In this document: piece by piece, positions 1 to 12,035 of the stretch
Position numbering within the stretch: position 1 is the stretch's first letter
How the letters are laid out: each line of letters starts with the position of its first letter
Assembly: GCA_023231475.1 (NCBI GenBank)
Contig: JALJEE010001503.1
Coordinates: forward strand, 1-64,000
Reading direction: 5' to 3'
DNA from: Seison nebaliae
Taxonomy: Eukaryota
Length of the DNA stretch: 64,000 nucleotides
Notes under the pieces: generated by a model
Seen by the model: the letters and a program-made list of their open reading frames with translations, nothing else
Told to the model about the DNA's origin: nothing
The model's database searches: none
Position numbers and translations under genes: made by a program

Positions 1-1054
1 ATATGCATATGTGATTCTTTACTTGGGAACCCCTATTTCCATTACCAACTTCCGTACTATGATGTCGAATTTTAAAATCATATCTTATGTGTCGGATCTC
101 TTACGCTCAAAAATAGATCAGGCTAAATGATTCATTTCCGATGACTCACCTAGTGAATTATCCGTTTTCCTCTTTGATCAATTATCAAGTGATTATTATA
201 CTGTTTATTAGTAGTAGATCACTTGTTATTATTATTATTTTTTTTTTATTATAACAACAAATCTCCGGGGGGTAAATAAAATATAAAAGTAATAATAATA
301 TTTGACGGTCGATGTTTAACAATTCCTCAAATGTCCAAGCTTACTCTTTTACGAAAAAAGGGGGGGCTAAATTCTGATAACCGTTTATTATATGTGTAAT
401 GACTATAAAGATAATTAATAGATACAAGAATGTCATAGTTACCTCACACTTTTACCACCAGGAACCTGTCAGATGGTATCAACAGCGGCGCTACCGATCA
501 ACTCCTGATGCCATCTTAATCCCGATAATTAACTCTTAATCGCCCCAAATTAAGGAAGATGTTTAGGAATTCCGCATGTGATTAAGTCCCTTTTGGTAAA
601 CTTAGCTGACACACCCTGGCGTGTTAACTGAATTGCATGAACGTGTCCCCTATGATTAATCATCACTGTACTACTATAAATATAATTCGTTTCTACATTA
701 CCTCGCCACACTCATACATAAAATTCAAATTATAAAAATTATAATATCTTTATATCATGTGAGTATCAAAGTGAACTTTTTCACGTCATAGCATCTTATC
801 TTGATCAGTTCGAACAAATTGTCTCAAAATAGAATCTCCCATAAAAAGGATGTATTTGTTTCTTTCGATCTAAAACTTCTCACATGTCGAACTAATTCTT
901 CATAATATTTGCACCAACCAATTGAATTATTAAATTTACATGTATAATACAACCAGAGTTTGTTGATATAGAACCCTAACGGAATAATGTCCTTCATATC
1001 GTGCCGATAAATTTTAGTAAACGAATAATCATCTTCACTCATTGTTATTGATAT

Positions 1055-1255
1055 TACCCTAGTGTGAGTATAACTCATTTTTTTATAAAATAAATGAGTC
1101 TATAAGATTTAGTCGATGTTAACTCAAAACTAACAAAATAATTTATCAATTTTATTATTTCTAACTTACTTTTGAGTCCATATCGACTAAATCTTATAGA
1201 CTCTTTTTTTTTATAAAAAAAATATTTAAATTTGAGTTATACTCACACTAGGGTA
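1055..1255. mobile_element. Fold-back / MITE-like element with nested inverted repeats
   Basis: TACCCTAGTGTGAGTATAACTCA (1055-1077) is the exact reverse complement of 1233-1255. GAGTCTATAAGATTTAGTCGAT (1096-1117) pairs with 1182-1203, and ACTCAAAA (1122-1129) with 1170-1177. The loop is AT-rich. The terminal TA could be a TA target-site duplication. No transposase. Confidence 0.65.
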
Positions 1256-1506
1256 GTAATAATTCTACATATTCTCCGCAACATTCTGAACAACATGGCA
1301 AAGTGTCACTTAAAAGTTGTTCTCAGGATATTTCAAAACATTTCTTTTTTTTATCACATATGACGGTTGTTCTTTACAAATTTATTATATCATCTTATCC
1401 GCTTAATTAAATCAACTGGATTTAATATACAATGTAGGTAGTCGAGGTAATTGCCCTCCTAAACATATTCAACTGTTTTATCAACACTACTTTATCTAAT
1501 AGTGAT

Positions 1507-1572
1507 CGAACTATATATAGTTCGTATAATTATAATAAAGATCGTAGTTCTAGATCACTATAGTGATCTAGA
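1507..1572. repeat. Two adjacent perfect palindromes
   Basis: CGAACTATATATAGTTCG (1507-1524, 18 bp) and TCTAGATCACTATAGTGATCTAGA (1549-1572, 24 bp) are each their own reverse complement. Confidence 0.9.
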
Positions 1573-3714
1573 GACTAATAAAGTTCGTAGGAAAGAAATT
1601 TATAAAATGGAATAAGAAAGACCTTTTTATTATTATTCATCATTAATTATTTTGATTGATAAGAATATATATATATATTAGCATATATACTAGTATATAA
1701 TTCTAGAATTAATCATCAAAAAAAACCTATAATTATTGTGTAATTACCAGGATACTGAATAATGTGATATTATGTCTCAAGTGTTCATCGGTGACTTCGA
1801 TGTTGATTTCATGCTTTCATGATTTCGTTAGATGTCATGTTTATGCTTATAAGAAGGTTTGTGCTATTAAAATAGCATCATTCATTGGTCCGAATTATCA
1901 GGTTGTGTTTCAGTCAATATATGTACCTTCCTTATGTTGTACTGAAGATTCCTCCCGTAGCATTCGATATCATCATAATTCGTTCAACATTTGTGAACCT
2001 TCAGAGAGAAATATACCAGAAATTCTGTTGTCTTACAAATTTATTGTATATAAAACTTTTAAATTGCTTCTCACAAATCAGTTAATTAATCACCATTATT
2101 TTGTGCTTTCCTTCTTAACCGCTATGTCTACTTTTGTTCTGAATCGAAGTTTTGTAAAAGAGTGAAGAATAAAATTAGCTCACATACAGTTTATGTAAAT
2201 GAAAACAAAGTATCATAATCAAATTCATTTTTTTATAATAAATTTTTCAAACTCTCAAATTAGCAATTATTTTCAATTTCCTAATATTTTTTTATTGTTT
2301 AAAATCCCAATTTTATTGACAGATCTCATTTTTTACGATCAGTGATAGGACTCCTTTTCGTGAGGTTTTAGACTTGGAGTAACATGGGAACAGACGGCTC
2401 CATGATATATCGAAAAAATAATTTCGAAAATTTCCTTCTTTTTTTAAATTAATTTTAATTTCACTCATAATGCAACACATGTTAATTTCAATAACTTAAA
2501 GATTTGTACGTTTATATGCAACATTATCGCAAACCACATTGAGTAAATTAGAGAACTATACGAAAGAGAATGCGATTGAATTTTGCAAAGATTTTTTAAT
2601 AACTTTTTTCTATTTTCGTTTTCTTTAATTGTACAATAAAATTCTATTTTCTCTATACATTTTCTCGTTTTTCTCTTTATCAGGTTTGTCCGTTTTTGCA
2701 AAAAATAAGGAAAATGTCTGGTAGGAGTTTTTGTCTAAATTTTCAAAATGAACGGATTTACTTCATTTTTTTTAAAAAATACATCAGAAGGAAGGTCTAA
2801 AGTTATAAGTAAGGTTTAGAATAAAATAAAAAGTAGAAATAACTATGTTGTAGAGCATTTCGAGCTCTTTCCAAATATATTAAATTTAAAATGGTAAGTT
2901 AAATATTTCTGATAGAAAATGAGGTTTTAAAAAAAAGTTGAAAAAATTCGACTGCTCAGTTGATCAACTGCCTCATGTCCTACAATCGTAATTAATCATT
3001 GCCATAAGATGGACAGTAAAGAATGTCGGATGACAGACTATAGATTAACAGATTATCATCAACATAATTAAGTATACAATCAATCGCAAATAATAATGAA
3101 TGAAATGCTATGCATGGGTTGTTTATTGTTTTCTTAGTTAGTTTTCAACTGTTTATTAGGCAGATATAAGAATCATTCAATTTCTAAGAATCATTTTTCC
3201 ACCCCCGTTATAATCGTTACCTACTTTAAGTCTCACTCAAAATTATTAATATTAATTCACTAAACTTTCTCATTATTTTCGTTTAGTCGACTTGAATAGT
3301 CGCTGTTTATAAAATGATGACTCATTTAATTAATCGTAAAAAACGAACGTGATAAAGATTCGTCATTATTTATAGCCTGAGTATTAGGGTGTGTTAAAGT
3401 AGACGTACTAGTTAAATATACGAAAAACTAACGACAAAAGTCTAATAGAAGTTTCTAGAGAGTGTAAAGTGAAACGTAAACTGTAAAAGAGATAATAAAG
3501 CTCAATATTCAACTGTGAACGATACAAAAATGGGTGAATTAGACGAAAATCTCTTTTATTTTCCAGTTCTCTTCTGAATATTCTAGAATGGGGAACTTTA
3601 TATAATTGTACGAATGTTATTTTGTTGTCAACAATTTCTCCATATAAATTCTCATTAACTTTCTACATTTCGAATAATTTTCATTTCATACAATTAGTTA
3701 GAATATATTTAAAA

Positions 3715-5298
3715 ATGGGAAGGCTAATGACCAACTACTTCAAAGTTAATTGGAACGACGCTGATTCGTTTGTGGAATTCAAATTGAAATTCGATTTCCA
3801 ACGAATTCAATCAGTACCTCCCTTGAAAATGACAAGAGAACGCCGTTTAAATTGTTTCTTTAATTTGAAGAAACAACATACAATATTCGCCTTGGCGTTT
3901 TTCGACGGAGTCGATTCTGTGTATGTTCCACAAACTATACACAATGATGGTGATGATGATGATAAAATTATAAATGAATTCTCCTCTGATTATCATGAGA
4001 ATTCGCAGCATATAACGGTTATCGGACGACGGGAACGGATCATCGACATACGGAATGTTGAACTTCTAGTACAAATACTAAATAAAGCTCTACAAAGTAA
4101 TAAAACGCCTGAAAATGGTTTCATTCAATTCCCTGGAGATTGGTTTATCGACCGATCATTACGAATGTATGATCTGGGAGAAGGATTGGCACAATATTCA
4201 GTCGTTTACTCTAATATAGTTTCATATCACCAGAATTTATTTCATGTGTTGGATGTGAAAAATGATTATTTTCCTGTTTCACAAAATCTCGTGGATTTAT
4301 TTGAACTAACTTTCAGAAAAAGTCTGACAAATTATTTCCTTGAAGAAAATGCATCAGAAAGAATTAAATTTGAAAAAATGGTGCGTTATTATCAAGTGAA
4401 ATTTCGTGATCATCAATTCCCAATAAATTCCATTTCTAATAGAAATGTGAATTCCGTTAAATTTGGTAAAGACCAAACAATGATCAACTATTACAAAGAA
4501 GTTTGGAACTTGGATGTGGATGGAAGATATCCCTGCATCGTATCGGAGTACAAAAACACCACTACATATATTCCAATCGACCATTGTCGATTGGTGTTCA
4601 ATATGAATTTTAGAACAAAGTTGAGTTACGAACAAAAACGTAAAATTAAACTATTAAGAAATTCGAATAAACATTTTATATTCGAATATCGAAAAAAAAT
4701 TAACGAACAAATAAATTTTCAAAGATTATTTGGAATCAAATTGAATGTGGTTAAATGTCAAAAGTTTATTGGTGACGAAAATATTTGGAATTTCCATAAA
4801 ATAATTTATTTGGAAAAGAAAAGGAATAAAAGAGTAATAGAATTTGTTGGTCATGTGTTGCCGGTCATCAACGGCAAATTATGCGAAAATGAATATAAAG
4901 GATCGACCAATGCAAATTTGGATCAATTGCTTCTAGACATCGTACGAAAATATCCCAATCAATCACTTTGTGTGTTAATAGCTGGCGGAATAGATGGAAT
5001 AACAAATGAGCGTTATAATGATTTAGTGGAGAAATTGAACATTTCTCCCAATAATTATGCAATTGTGAAAGTTGACAAAATGAATCATCTGAAACTATTC
5101 GGTTTCTCAAAGAAGAAATTAGTGGGCAATATCATCGAGGAGAAGATAGTTGATGATAATGAATTCGTGTTAATGGGAAAGAAAATACCTGTAATCTTTG
5201 AAATGCAGGAGCCAACTAATTTTACTTTGACGACTCCATACGTCAAACAAATCAAAACCATCAGTTATCAAATGATGAGACTGATCCAAAGTAATTGA
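3715..5298 (+). CDS. Divergent, shortened Argonaute-family protein (N-L1-PAZ-L2 plus degenerate PIWI; MID apparently absent), ~527 aa, intronless
   Basis: First in-frame ATG is at 3715. Motifs occur in Argonaute order: TNYFKV and AFFDG (N domain); YDLGEG...LDVKNDYF (L1); TMINYYKEVWNL..RYPCIV....TYIPIDHCRLV (PAZ); KLSYEQ and FGIKL (L2); LIAGGID, IVKVDKMNHLKLF and GNIIEEKIVDDNEFVL (PIWI-like C-terminal blocks). Confidence 0.8.
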   Translation: MGRLMTNYFKVNWNDADSFVEFKLKFDFQRIQSVPPLKMTRERRLNCFFNLKKQHTIFALAFFDGVDSVYVPQTIHNDGDDDDKIINEFSSDYHENSQHITVIGRRERIIDIRNVELLVQILNKALQSNKTPENGFIQFPGDWFIDRSLRMYDLGEGLAQYSVVYSNIVSYHQNLFHVLDVKNDYFPVSQNLVDLFELTFRKSLTNYFLEENASERIKFEKMVRYYQVKFRDHQFPINSISNRNVNSVKFGKDQTMINYYKEVWNLDVDGRYPCIVSEYKNTTTYIPIDHCRLVFNMNFRTKLSYEQKRKIKLLRNSNKHFIFEYRKKINEQINFQRLFGIKLNVVKCQKFIGDENIWNFHKIIYLEKKRNKRVIEFVGHVLPVINGKLCENEYKGSTNANLDQLLLDIVRKYPNQSLCVLIAGGIDGITNERYNDLVEKLNISPNNYAIVKVDKMNHLKLFGFSKKKLVGNIIEEKIVDDNEFVLMGKKIPVIFEMQEPTNFTLTTPYVKQIKTISYQMMRLIQSN

Positions 5299-5569
5299 TA
5301 TGTTGAAAATTAAATTAAATTTTATTTCATTTTATTTAGTTCATTTATATAATTATATATTATAATTTTACAATATTTCATGTTCATTCCACTTTATTTT
5401 TCAATTTATTATTTTCAACAATTTTATTCTTTTCGTTGATATTCACATGTTATTTGTTGGTCCAATAGTGAACTATTGATTTGATGATAATTCTATAATA
5501 ATTTGTTCAATCGTTTTTATTGTGGATGATTGATATTGGGAGAAATAAGAAAATAAATAAAATAAATAT

Positions 5570-8500
5570 CTATTTCAATGTTTTATATAATGCAAATGCC
5601 ATAATAACAGCGACGGATGCACCAAGTGCGACAGGTCCCATCAACTTATTATCTTCTTGTTCGTTCAAGTCGCCAACATCGCCCGCTAAACTTTCCAATG
5701 AAGCCGTACGTCCAATTGAGGAGAATTGTTTCCACACAGTTGATCTTAATGGGAAGATTGGAAAGGTTGCTAACGCGATTAATTTCAAATAAATATGACG
5801 TCCCACATCCACATCGGCCGTTGTTGCTGACGAGAATCGAAGTGGTGGAGGTAAATTGAAGCGAAGACAAAATCCTTCAGGTTCCAAACGATAATTATCA
5901 TAAAAGTTTTGATAATTTGATGATTGTAAAAAAGCGGATTTATCCGAATGTGTTCCGATTATGAGACATGGAGTTCTCTTACCACCAGCTCGATTCAAAT
6001 ATTTCATAAAATAATTAGCGATATGAGCGAATGACGTTGGATTGGACATGTCATATAATAAACAGACGATCGTTGCTTCCACTTCCTTCTTATTCTCTGA
6101 TAATTCAATTGATATCTCCAAATTATTTTCACAATATAATTTCTCTCGTAATATCAAATATTTCTTTGATCCATAAACTGATAATAATCGAACAGATTTA
6201 TTCGGTATTAGATCTCGATCCACTTTCTCAAGATCTTCATTTGATCGACCTAATAGTCCTTGGATGAATGCCGTCTTCCCACATCCACGATCACCAATCA
6301 CGTCACATAGAACGATGGGATAATCACATCGATTTCTATTAATTCTCATTCGATTCTTATAATTATTCGATAAATTATTTGGATCTTCTCGATTCTCTCG
6401 TAGAGCCGTTATCAGAATATCAGACGTTGTCCATTTTTCCATAATCTCATCAATCTTCTCAGCTGATGAATTTCGTGCCATTTCATTCCGACAAGAATCC
6501 TGTATATAATCCAATGATCGTTTCAAATAAAAATGACGATATCCCATCAATCCGAAATATTTCACGACTAATTCCGGTTGGAAATATGATGCAATTCTAA
6601 TAAAACATTTAAATAATTTAAATAATTTAAATAATAATAATGATTAACATCCATTGATTGAGGAAAGCGGAGAATGTTATAATATTTCCTTTATTTCCAT
6701 CCATCTCATGATAGGCGGGAGGATTGGTTGTTGATAATGTTTCCTTCGTTCGATGAAGAAGAATTCTTGGACTGAAATGATGACGATTATTTGAATTATT
6801 CAAAATTGATGGGGTCGATTTACAACTGTTATGTTCCGATCGTATACTCGACAATGGAGTAATTCGATTATTCTTCTTCGTTTTGGAGTATGGACGGAAA
6901 CTGGAATCTTCTAATTTCTTTTCCGATTTCGACAGATCTTTCTTCGATCGAATATCAGAAAACGGTAATAATGGCATCGATGGAATATTTAATGCGAAAG
7001 AACGATGAACCATTTGCTTCGTACGTCGTGAAACTTGAGCACCGAATAAAATGCTGTGAGGTTTCTTCGAATTATGGATTGATAATCTCGAAATTTCTTC
7101 ATTAACTCCATCATCATCTGGATCGTCATCGATATCGATATCATGAATTTCTCTTCCTCTCACCATTAATTTTCCGTCATTTAATCTCATAAATCGTCCA
7201 TGACGACGATGATTATTTTTGATGGAACATGAATGATGAATATCTCGCATCATCCATGGTGGTCCGTCATGACAGAATGTGGAGAACATGATAAATAAAT
7301 CGGCTTCATTCATAAAATTCTCTTCCATCGTAACATTTAATCGATATCGTTTAATATGAATGAGACGATTGAAAAAATATTTTGAACTTTTAAGAAATTC
7401 ATCAGATCTCTGTCCATTTGATGCAAAACGTTCAAATAAATATAAGAGGAAAGAATATCCGTCGATGGACAAAGTAAACTTTTTATCAGGAGAAATATTT
7501 GAGGTTGAAATGAAATTTTTTTCGATCAACAAATCGAAATTATAACCGAAATGTCTGAGAATGCTCCAAACGGTTTCTTGTCGACTCTTTTCGAGATAGA
7601 GACGTTGTAAAGAAAAGAATCCCGATTCGTCACAAATATTTTTCAATTTCATCAAATTATTTTGTCGTTTATCATATTGATCTTCATCGATATATGTAAT
7701 TCGAATTGATCGAATCGATTGTTTCAGATCGTTCAATTCCGTATTAGAAAGAAGAGATTTGAAACAAGCTAATTGAAGTAGTTGAAGTTCATTATCGTCT
7801 AAAAAATTGTCACCATCCAAATCACAAATTGAGAAGATTCGATGAAGAGCTTGTTCGCATTTCAATGAGAGTTCTCGAGAATTTAAATTATAAATTAAAT
7901 TGATTGGATATAAAGCGAAGTTTTGAGCTAATTGAAAAAGTTGGAGGACATTCCTCATCGTTACTGCTGACGTATGAATACATGCATGAATTTGAGAGTA
8001 AGTTCGAAATAATGATTTTAATCCATCATCATATTGTGGTAATTGAATGGATCGATTTTGAGTAGATGATGAAATAAGTGGAAGAACACAATCACTCTTA
8101 TTCCCAACAATTAATATCGTCGGCATTTTATGAAGATAATGTGCATAATGATTCTTTAATAACGTTTCAGAATCGGTCGATGTTACTGTTGTTGTTGTTG
8201 AGGGAAGACGGATTAATTCGATGAGAGGAAGCCAATAAGACTCGAGATTTTTTTTCGAATTATCATCAATTAACGAATAAACTAAACAAATGGAATTAGC
8301 ACGACGAATTTGATCATGTAGAATGTCTTCATCGTCAATCTCCGAATTATAATCCACAATTAATGTGGGACGATTCTCACTCGTCACTTCCGCTGGGACG
8401 GTAATCGTTTCTGCTTTTTTCGGCACATTCAATTGGATAGACGTAGTACTCAATCGATTTAATGATGTTGTCGATTGGAACTTTTGAAAAAAAAATAATT

Positions 8501-8700
8501 TAATTAAATTAATAAAATAATTATAACGATGTTCGTAGTATCATCTTCATTGATTAAGGCGAATATGAGTGACGTCTTTCCAACATTAGCTTAAAAACGA
8601 GAAAATAAATGAATTTGTTGAGAATGTGAAAAAATCACCAACAATCTCCAATGAGAAGTATTCTAATTTCATTATTCTCCTCTTCCCAATCGGATGTCAT
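5570..8700 (-). CDS. RHOT: Mitochondrial Rho GTPase (Miro), 4 exons
   Basis: Spliced N-terminus MTSDWEEENNEIRILLIGDSNVGKTSLI. EF-hand RIFSICDLDGDNFLDDNEL, second GTPase VIGDRGCGKTAFIQGLLG, and a C-terminal TM anchor. Introns at ~8643-8591, ~8528-8482 and ~6648-6597. Confidence 0.93.
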
Positions 8701-9927
8701 TTGAAAAACATGAGAATAATTTCATCAGATCATCAGAACAATTATTGGTGATGAAAATGAGATAATCAAAAGTAAATACAATCCGCGTACGCATTAAATA
8801 ATATTAAATCATTTGATGGAACAAAGATTATTTAAATTAAAAAAAAATTATCTTCCTAATTCAATTAGCTTCAGATTCGAATGAACAAAATCTTCCTTCA
8901 ACTGATAATTCACATTTTATTTATAATCAACAAAAAATCTCAAATCTGTCACTTTTTTTTTTGAGGAGGAAATAATAATTACGCCTCTTATCCTCTAATC
9001 GTATTTCTCTAATTTACCATGATTAATCACTTGAGACGAATTGTTGATATATAAATTATGTTCAAATTTCATTCATTTCAATCGAACATTTTACTAACAA
9101 TTCTGTTATTATTAGTTTTCTCATACACCCGTCAATTCCTTTATATATGATGACTATCGATATTTAAGTCTTCACAATATTTACTTACTAATTAAATGAT
9201 TGAATGAATTATAACATTCTGCCCTTCTCTTATTGAATTAATTAAATATTCAATCAATATTCTTTCTTTATTCCTTCATAATTAACATTCTTTCAATAAC
9301 TTTTCCATTAAACATAATTTTTTGGATAAGAATATTATTTTCCTGAATTTATGAAACTTTAACTCATCAAATAAATAAGGAAACATTCGAAAAATTAACC
9401 GCATAATCATGTTATGTGTTAAGATCTATAGAATATTTTCGTTTATAGAAATCAGAAAATCTGATCTCTAAAATCTCATCTGGTAAATAACGAGTTTTAA
9501 ATTAAAGAATTAGAAAGGGGAATATTTTATAACAAGAAGTAATTTATACAGTAAATTTTTGTAAAAAGACAAGCTTCGTTTTTAATTTTGTAAAAAAATA
9601 ATAAATAATTTCAATCATAAATAATAATTATTATTATCCAATGGGTGATAAATTGTTTGGTTTGATGATGGTAGAAAATAATTGAAGAAATATAAAGAAT
9701 AAAATTGCTTATTTGTTTTATTGAGCTTCACAGTTAGTTAGGAGCTGAATATTTGAAATAAACAAATCCATATTAACTTAATATTATAATCGTTTGAACT
9801 TTTGAAGTACTTTGTCGAAATTGGACATACAACGTTTTCTAACACAACGACGCACATTTTCATCAAACGTTTCCAGATTCCTTAACCATCTTTTTTTATC
9901 TTCCCACTAAAAGGTAATTGAATTAGA

Positions 9928-11463
9928 ATGGTAACAATTGACGAATTGTATAATTGTCACAGGGAATTGTGTGAAATCGATGAGTCTGATTCGGAAAGAA
10001 ATAAATTCGTTAGTTCATTTCTTCTCCTTTCTTTGATGAATGTTCTCTTGAAGAAAAGTTATTATGAAACAATTATTTCGGGAACATCTTCCGCAAATAG
10101 TGATTGTAAACGATTAGCGATAAATTTCATCGAACAATTTTATGGTAAATTTCCTGATTTGCAGAAGAAGGCAGTGAAGGCTCTCTTCGATAATTGTGCC
10201 GATGACAATATTGTTGTGAGGAAACAGGCAGTGCAGAAGTTACAACGAATGTGTACCATCACACCAATCATTTTACCACATGTGTCGAAGATGTTGACTC
10301 AAATTCTCCAAACAAACGACACCAAAGAATTGGAAGCTGTCAAAGAGAATCTTCATCGTTTATATGAAATGAAACCGTTCGAATGTATTCAATCGATATT
10401 GACGGAAATAAAAACGAATGATACAGATCAAATGTATTTGGTGAGAAAGCGTGGATTGCAAGTCATTTCCGATTTTATTCGAACTTCAAATTCAAAAATT
10501 TTAACGAATGAAATTGAAAAGTTCTTGTTGGAGGAATTGAATATTTTCCTCCAAGACGTCAATCATGAAGAGTTCTCTCTCGTGATTAAATTGATGAGAC
10601 AATTCTCTTCCACCACCACGTTATTAGGAAGGAAACAATTGTTGAAAACGATCGAAGAACAAGCAGAATTGGATAAGGAAATTTCGTCGAAAGGAAATGA
10701 AGAGAATGACGGAGAAAATGAAAGAAATGAAAGAATCGATATCGTTCTCACTTGTGGGAAGGAAGCAGTGATGATCGTTTCGAAAAATGCTCCGTCTGAT
10801 TTATTCGTTAAATTTTTCATCGAAAATTTATTGAACAATTTCGAATTGTTAACACAGTCAAAAAAGATCGAATGTCTTCGAACTCTAGCGCAACTGACCA
10901 TTTCTTATTCATTTAATTGTCAAGAGAGAATGTTGGAATATCTCAAAACTTTCATCGACACCTTCTCCCGTCAATTACAATTAGACAAAGGAGATAATAC
11001 AACAGAATTATTATTGAAAATCGAATCAAATTTAGACATGTCCATCGTCGAACCATTAATCTATCTCATACATCAATTCGGGAAACAACGACCGAAATTT
11101 TTGTCGGAATTCCAAACGAATGAAAATGAAGAATTATTTAAAAAAGAATATGTCGATCTATTTATGAAGAAAGTTCAATGGCTCTGTCATTGTTCGAAGA
11201 ATCTTTTAAAGAAATTAAATTCATCCAACGACGAATTGATAACGAGAATTGTTAAAGAGAACGGTAATAAAATGACGGGAAAGGAAATGATCAGTTGTTC
11301 GAATAATGTGACGGAGATCTGTCTCGATCTCTTACATCGTCCACCCATCTATTCGGCCCACTGTCATTTCTCTTGGGAGAAATTCGATGCAGGAACGAAA
11401 CGAACTAGTACCACCGTTACCACCTCAAGAAGAAAAAATCGACATATGTACAATGTCCGATAA
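9928..11463 (+). CDS. API5: Apoptosis inhibitor 5 (API5/AAC-11)
   Basis: MVTIDELY start, KRLAINFIEQFYGKFPDL, DDNIVVRKQAV, LQDVNHEEF, DLLHRPPIY...FSW. A probable in-frame 45-nt intron lies at 10009-10053 (GTTAG...TGAAG). Confidence 0.9.
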   Translation: MVTIDELYNCHRELCEIDESDSERNKFVSSFLLLSLMNVLLKKSYYETIISGTSSANSDCKRLAINFIEQFYGKFPDLQKKAVKALFDNCADDNIVVRKQAVQKLQRMCTITPIILPHVSKMLTQILQTNDTKELEAVKENLHRLYEMKPFECIQSILTEIKTNDTDQMYLVRKRGLQVISDFIRTSNSKILTNEIEKFLLEELNIFLQDVNHEEFSLVIKLMRQFSSTTTLLGRKQLLKTIEEQAELDKEISSKGNEENDGENERNERIDIVLTCGKEAVMIVSKNAPSDLFVKFFIENLLNNFELLTQSKKIECLRTLAQLTISYSFNCQERMLEYLKTFIDTFSRQLQLDKGDNTTELLLKIESNLDMSIVEPLIYLIHQFGKQRPKFLSEFQTNENEELFKKEYVDLFMKKVQWLCHCSKNLLKKLNSSNDELITRIVKENGNKMTGKEMISCSNNVTEICLDLLHRPPIYSAHCHFSWEKFDAGTKRTSTTVTTSRRKNRHMYNVR

Positions 11464-11981
11464 AACTGAGAAATAATTTGTTTGACAAAATCGAATTCTT
11501 TTTTAAATTTCTTTCCAAATAATTCAAGTTATTTCGATAGAATTTTCCATTACAAATTCGTTTCTTTCCCTCAATTCTGAAAACATTTCATTGTGTGAAT
11601 AATTTAAATGTGGACAATGTGAAAATTTGAGTTATTGAATTTAAGTTGTAGAATTGTTACAAAGAAATTATTTCGAGAAGTTGATAATTTTTTATGGAAA
11701 GAAAGAAATTGGCTGAATATTTGCGATTGGGAAATGACACATTCAAAAATAAGTAAGATATTAACAGCATCAAATGGAGAGACATGAAAAGTATAAAATG
11801 GAAATTGAATGATGGGGATGTGTCGTTAGAAATGAGAAATTATCAAGAAGGAAAATCATTCAACATGAGAATGTGATAACGAATAAGAAGGATAATAAAT
11901 AAAAATAGAAATTAACTATGACACAAGTTCGGAGATATTTTTAAGGAACTTGAACTTTTCATTAAATGATATTATCAAGTT

Positions 11982-12035
11982 TGTGTGTGCTTGTGTGTTT
12001 TTTTGTGTGTGTGCGTGTGTATGCGTGCGTGTGTG
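11982..12035. repeat. Imperfect (TG)n microsatellite, probably in the FMR1 3' UTR
   Basis: The run tgtgtgtgcttgtgtg...gtgtgtgtgcgtgtgtatgcgtgcgtgtgt is seen directly. Confidence 0.7.

Noticed and set aside
824..1078. 84-aa minus-strand ORF
   Set aside because: Its ATG lies inside the arm of the fold-back element and it has no recognisable motif; likely spurious or a relic.
1764..2701. Short ORFs of 66-133 aa
   Set aside because: Non-ATG starts, no homology recognisable, located in a degenerate region.
3622..3714. ORF-track start of the Argonaute
   Set aside because: It is a TTG start. The first ATG at 3715 directly precedes the conserved TNYF motif.
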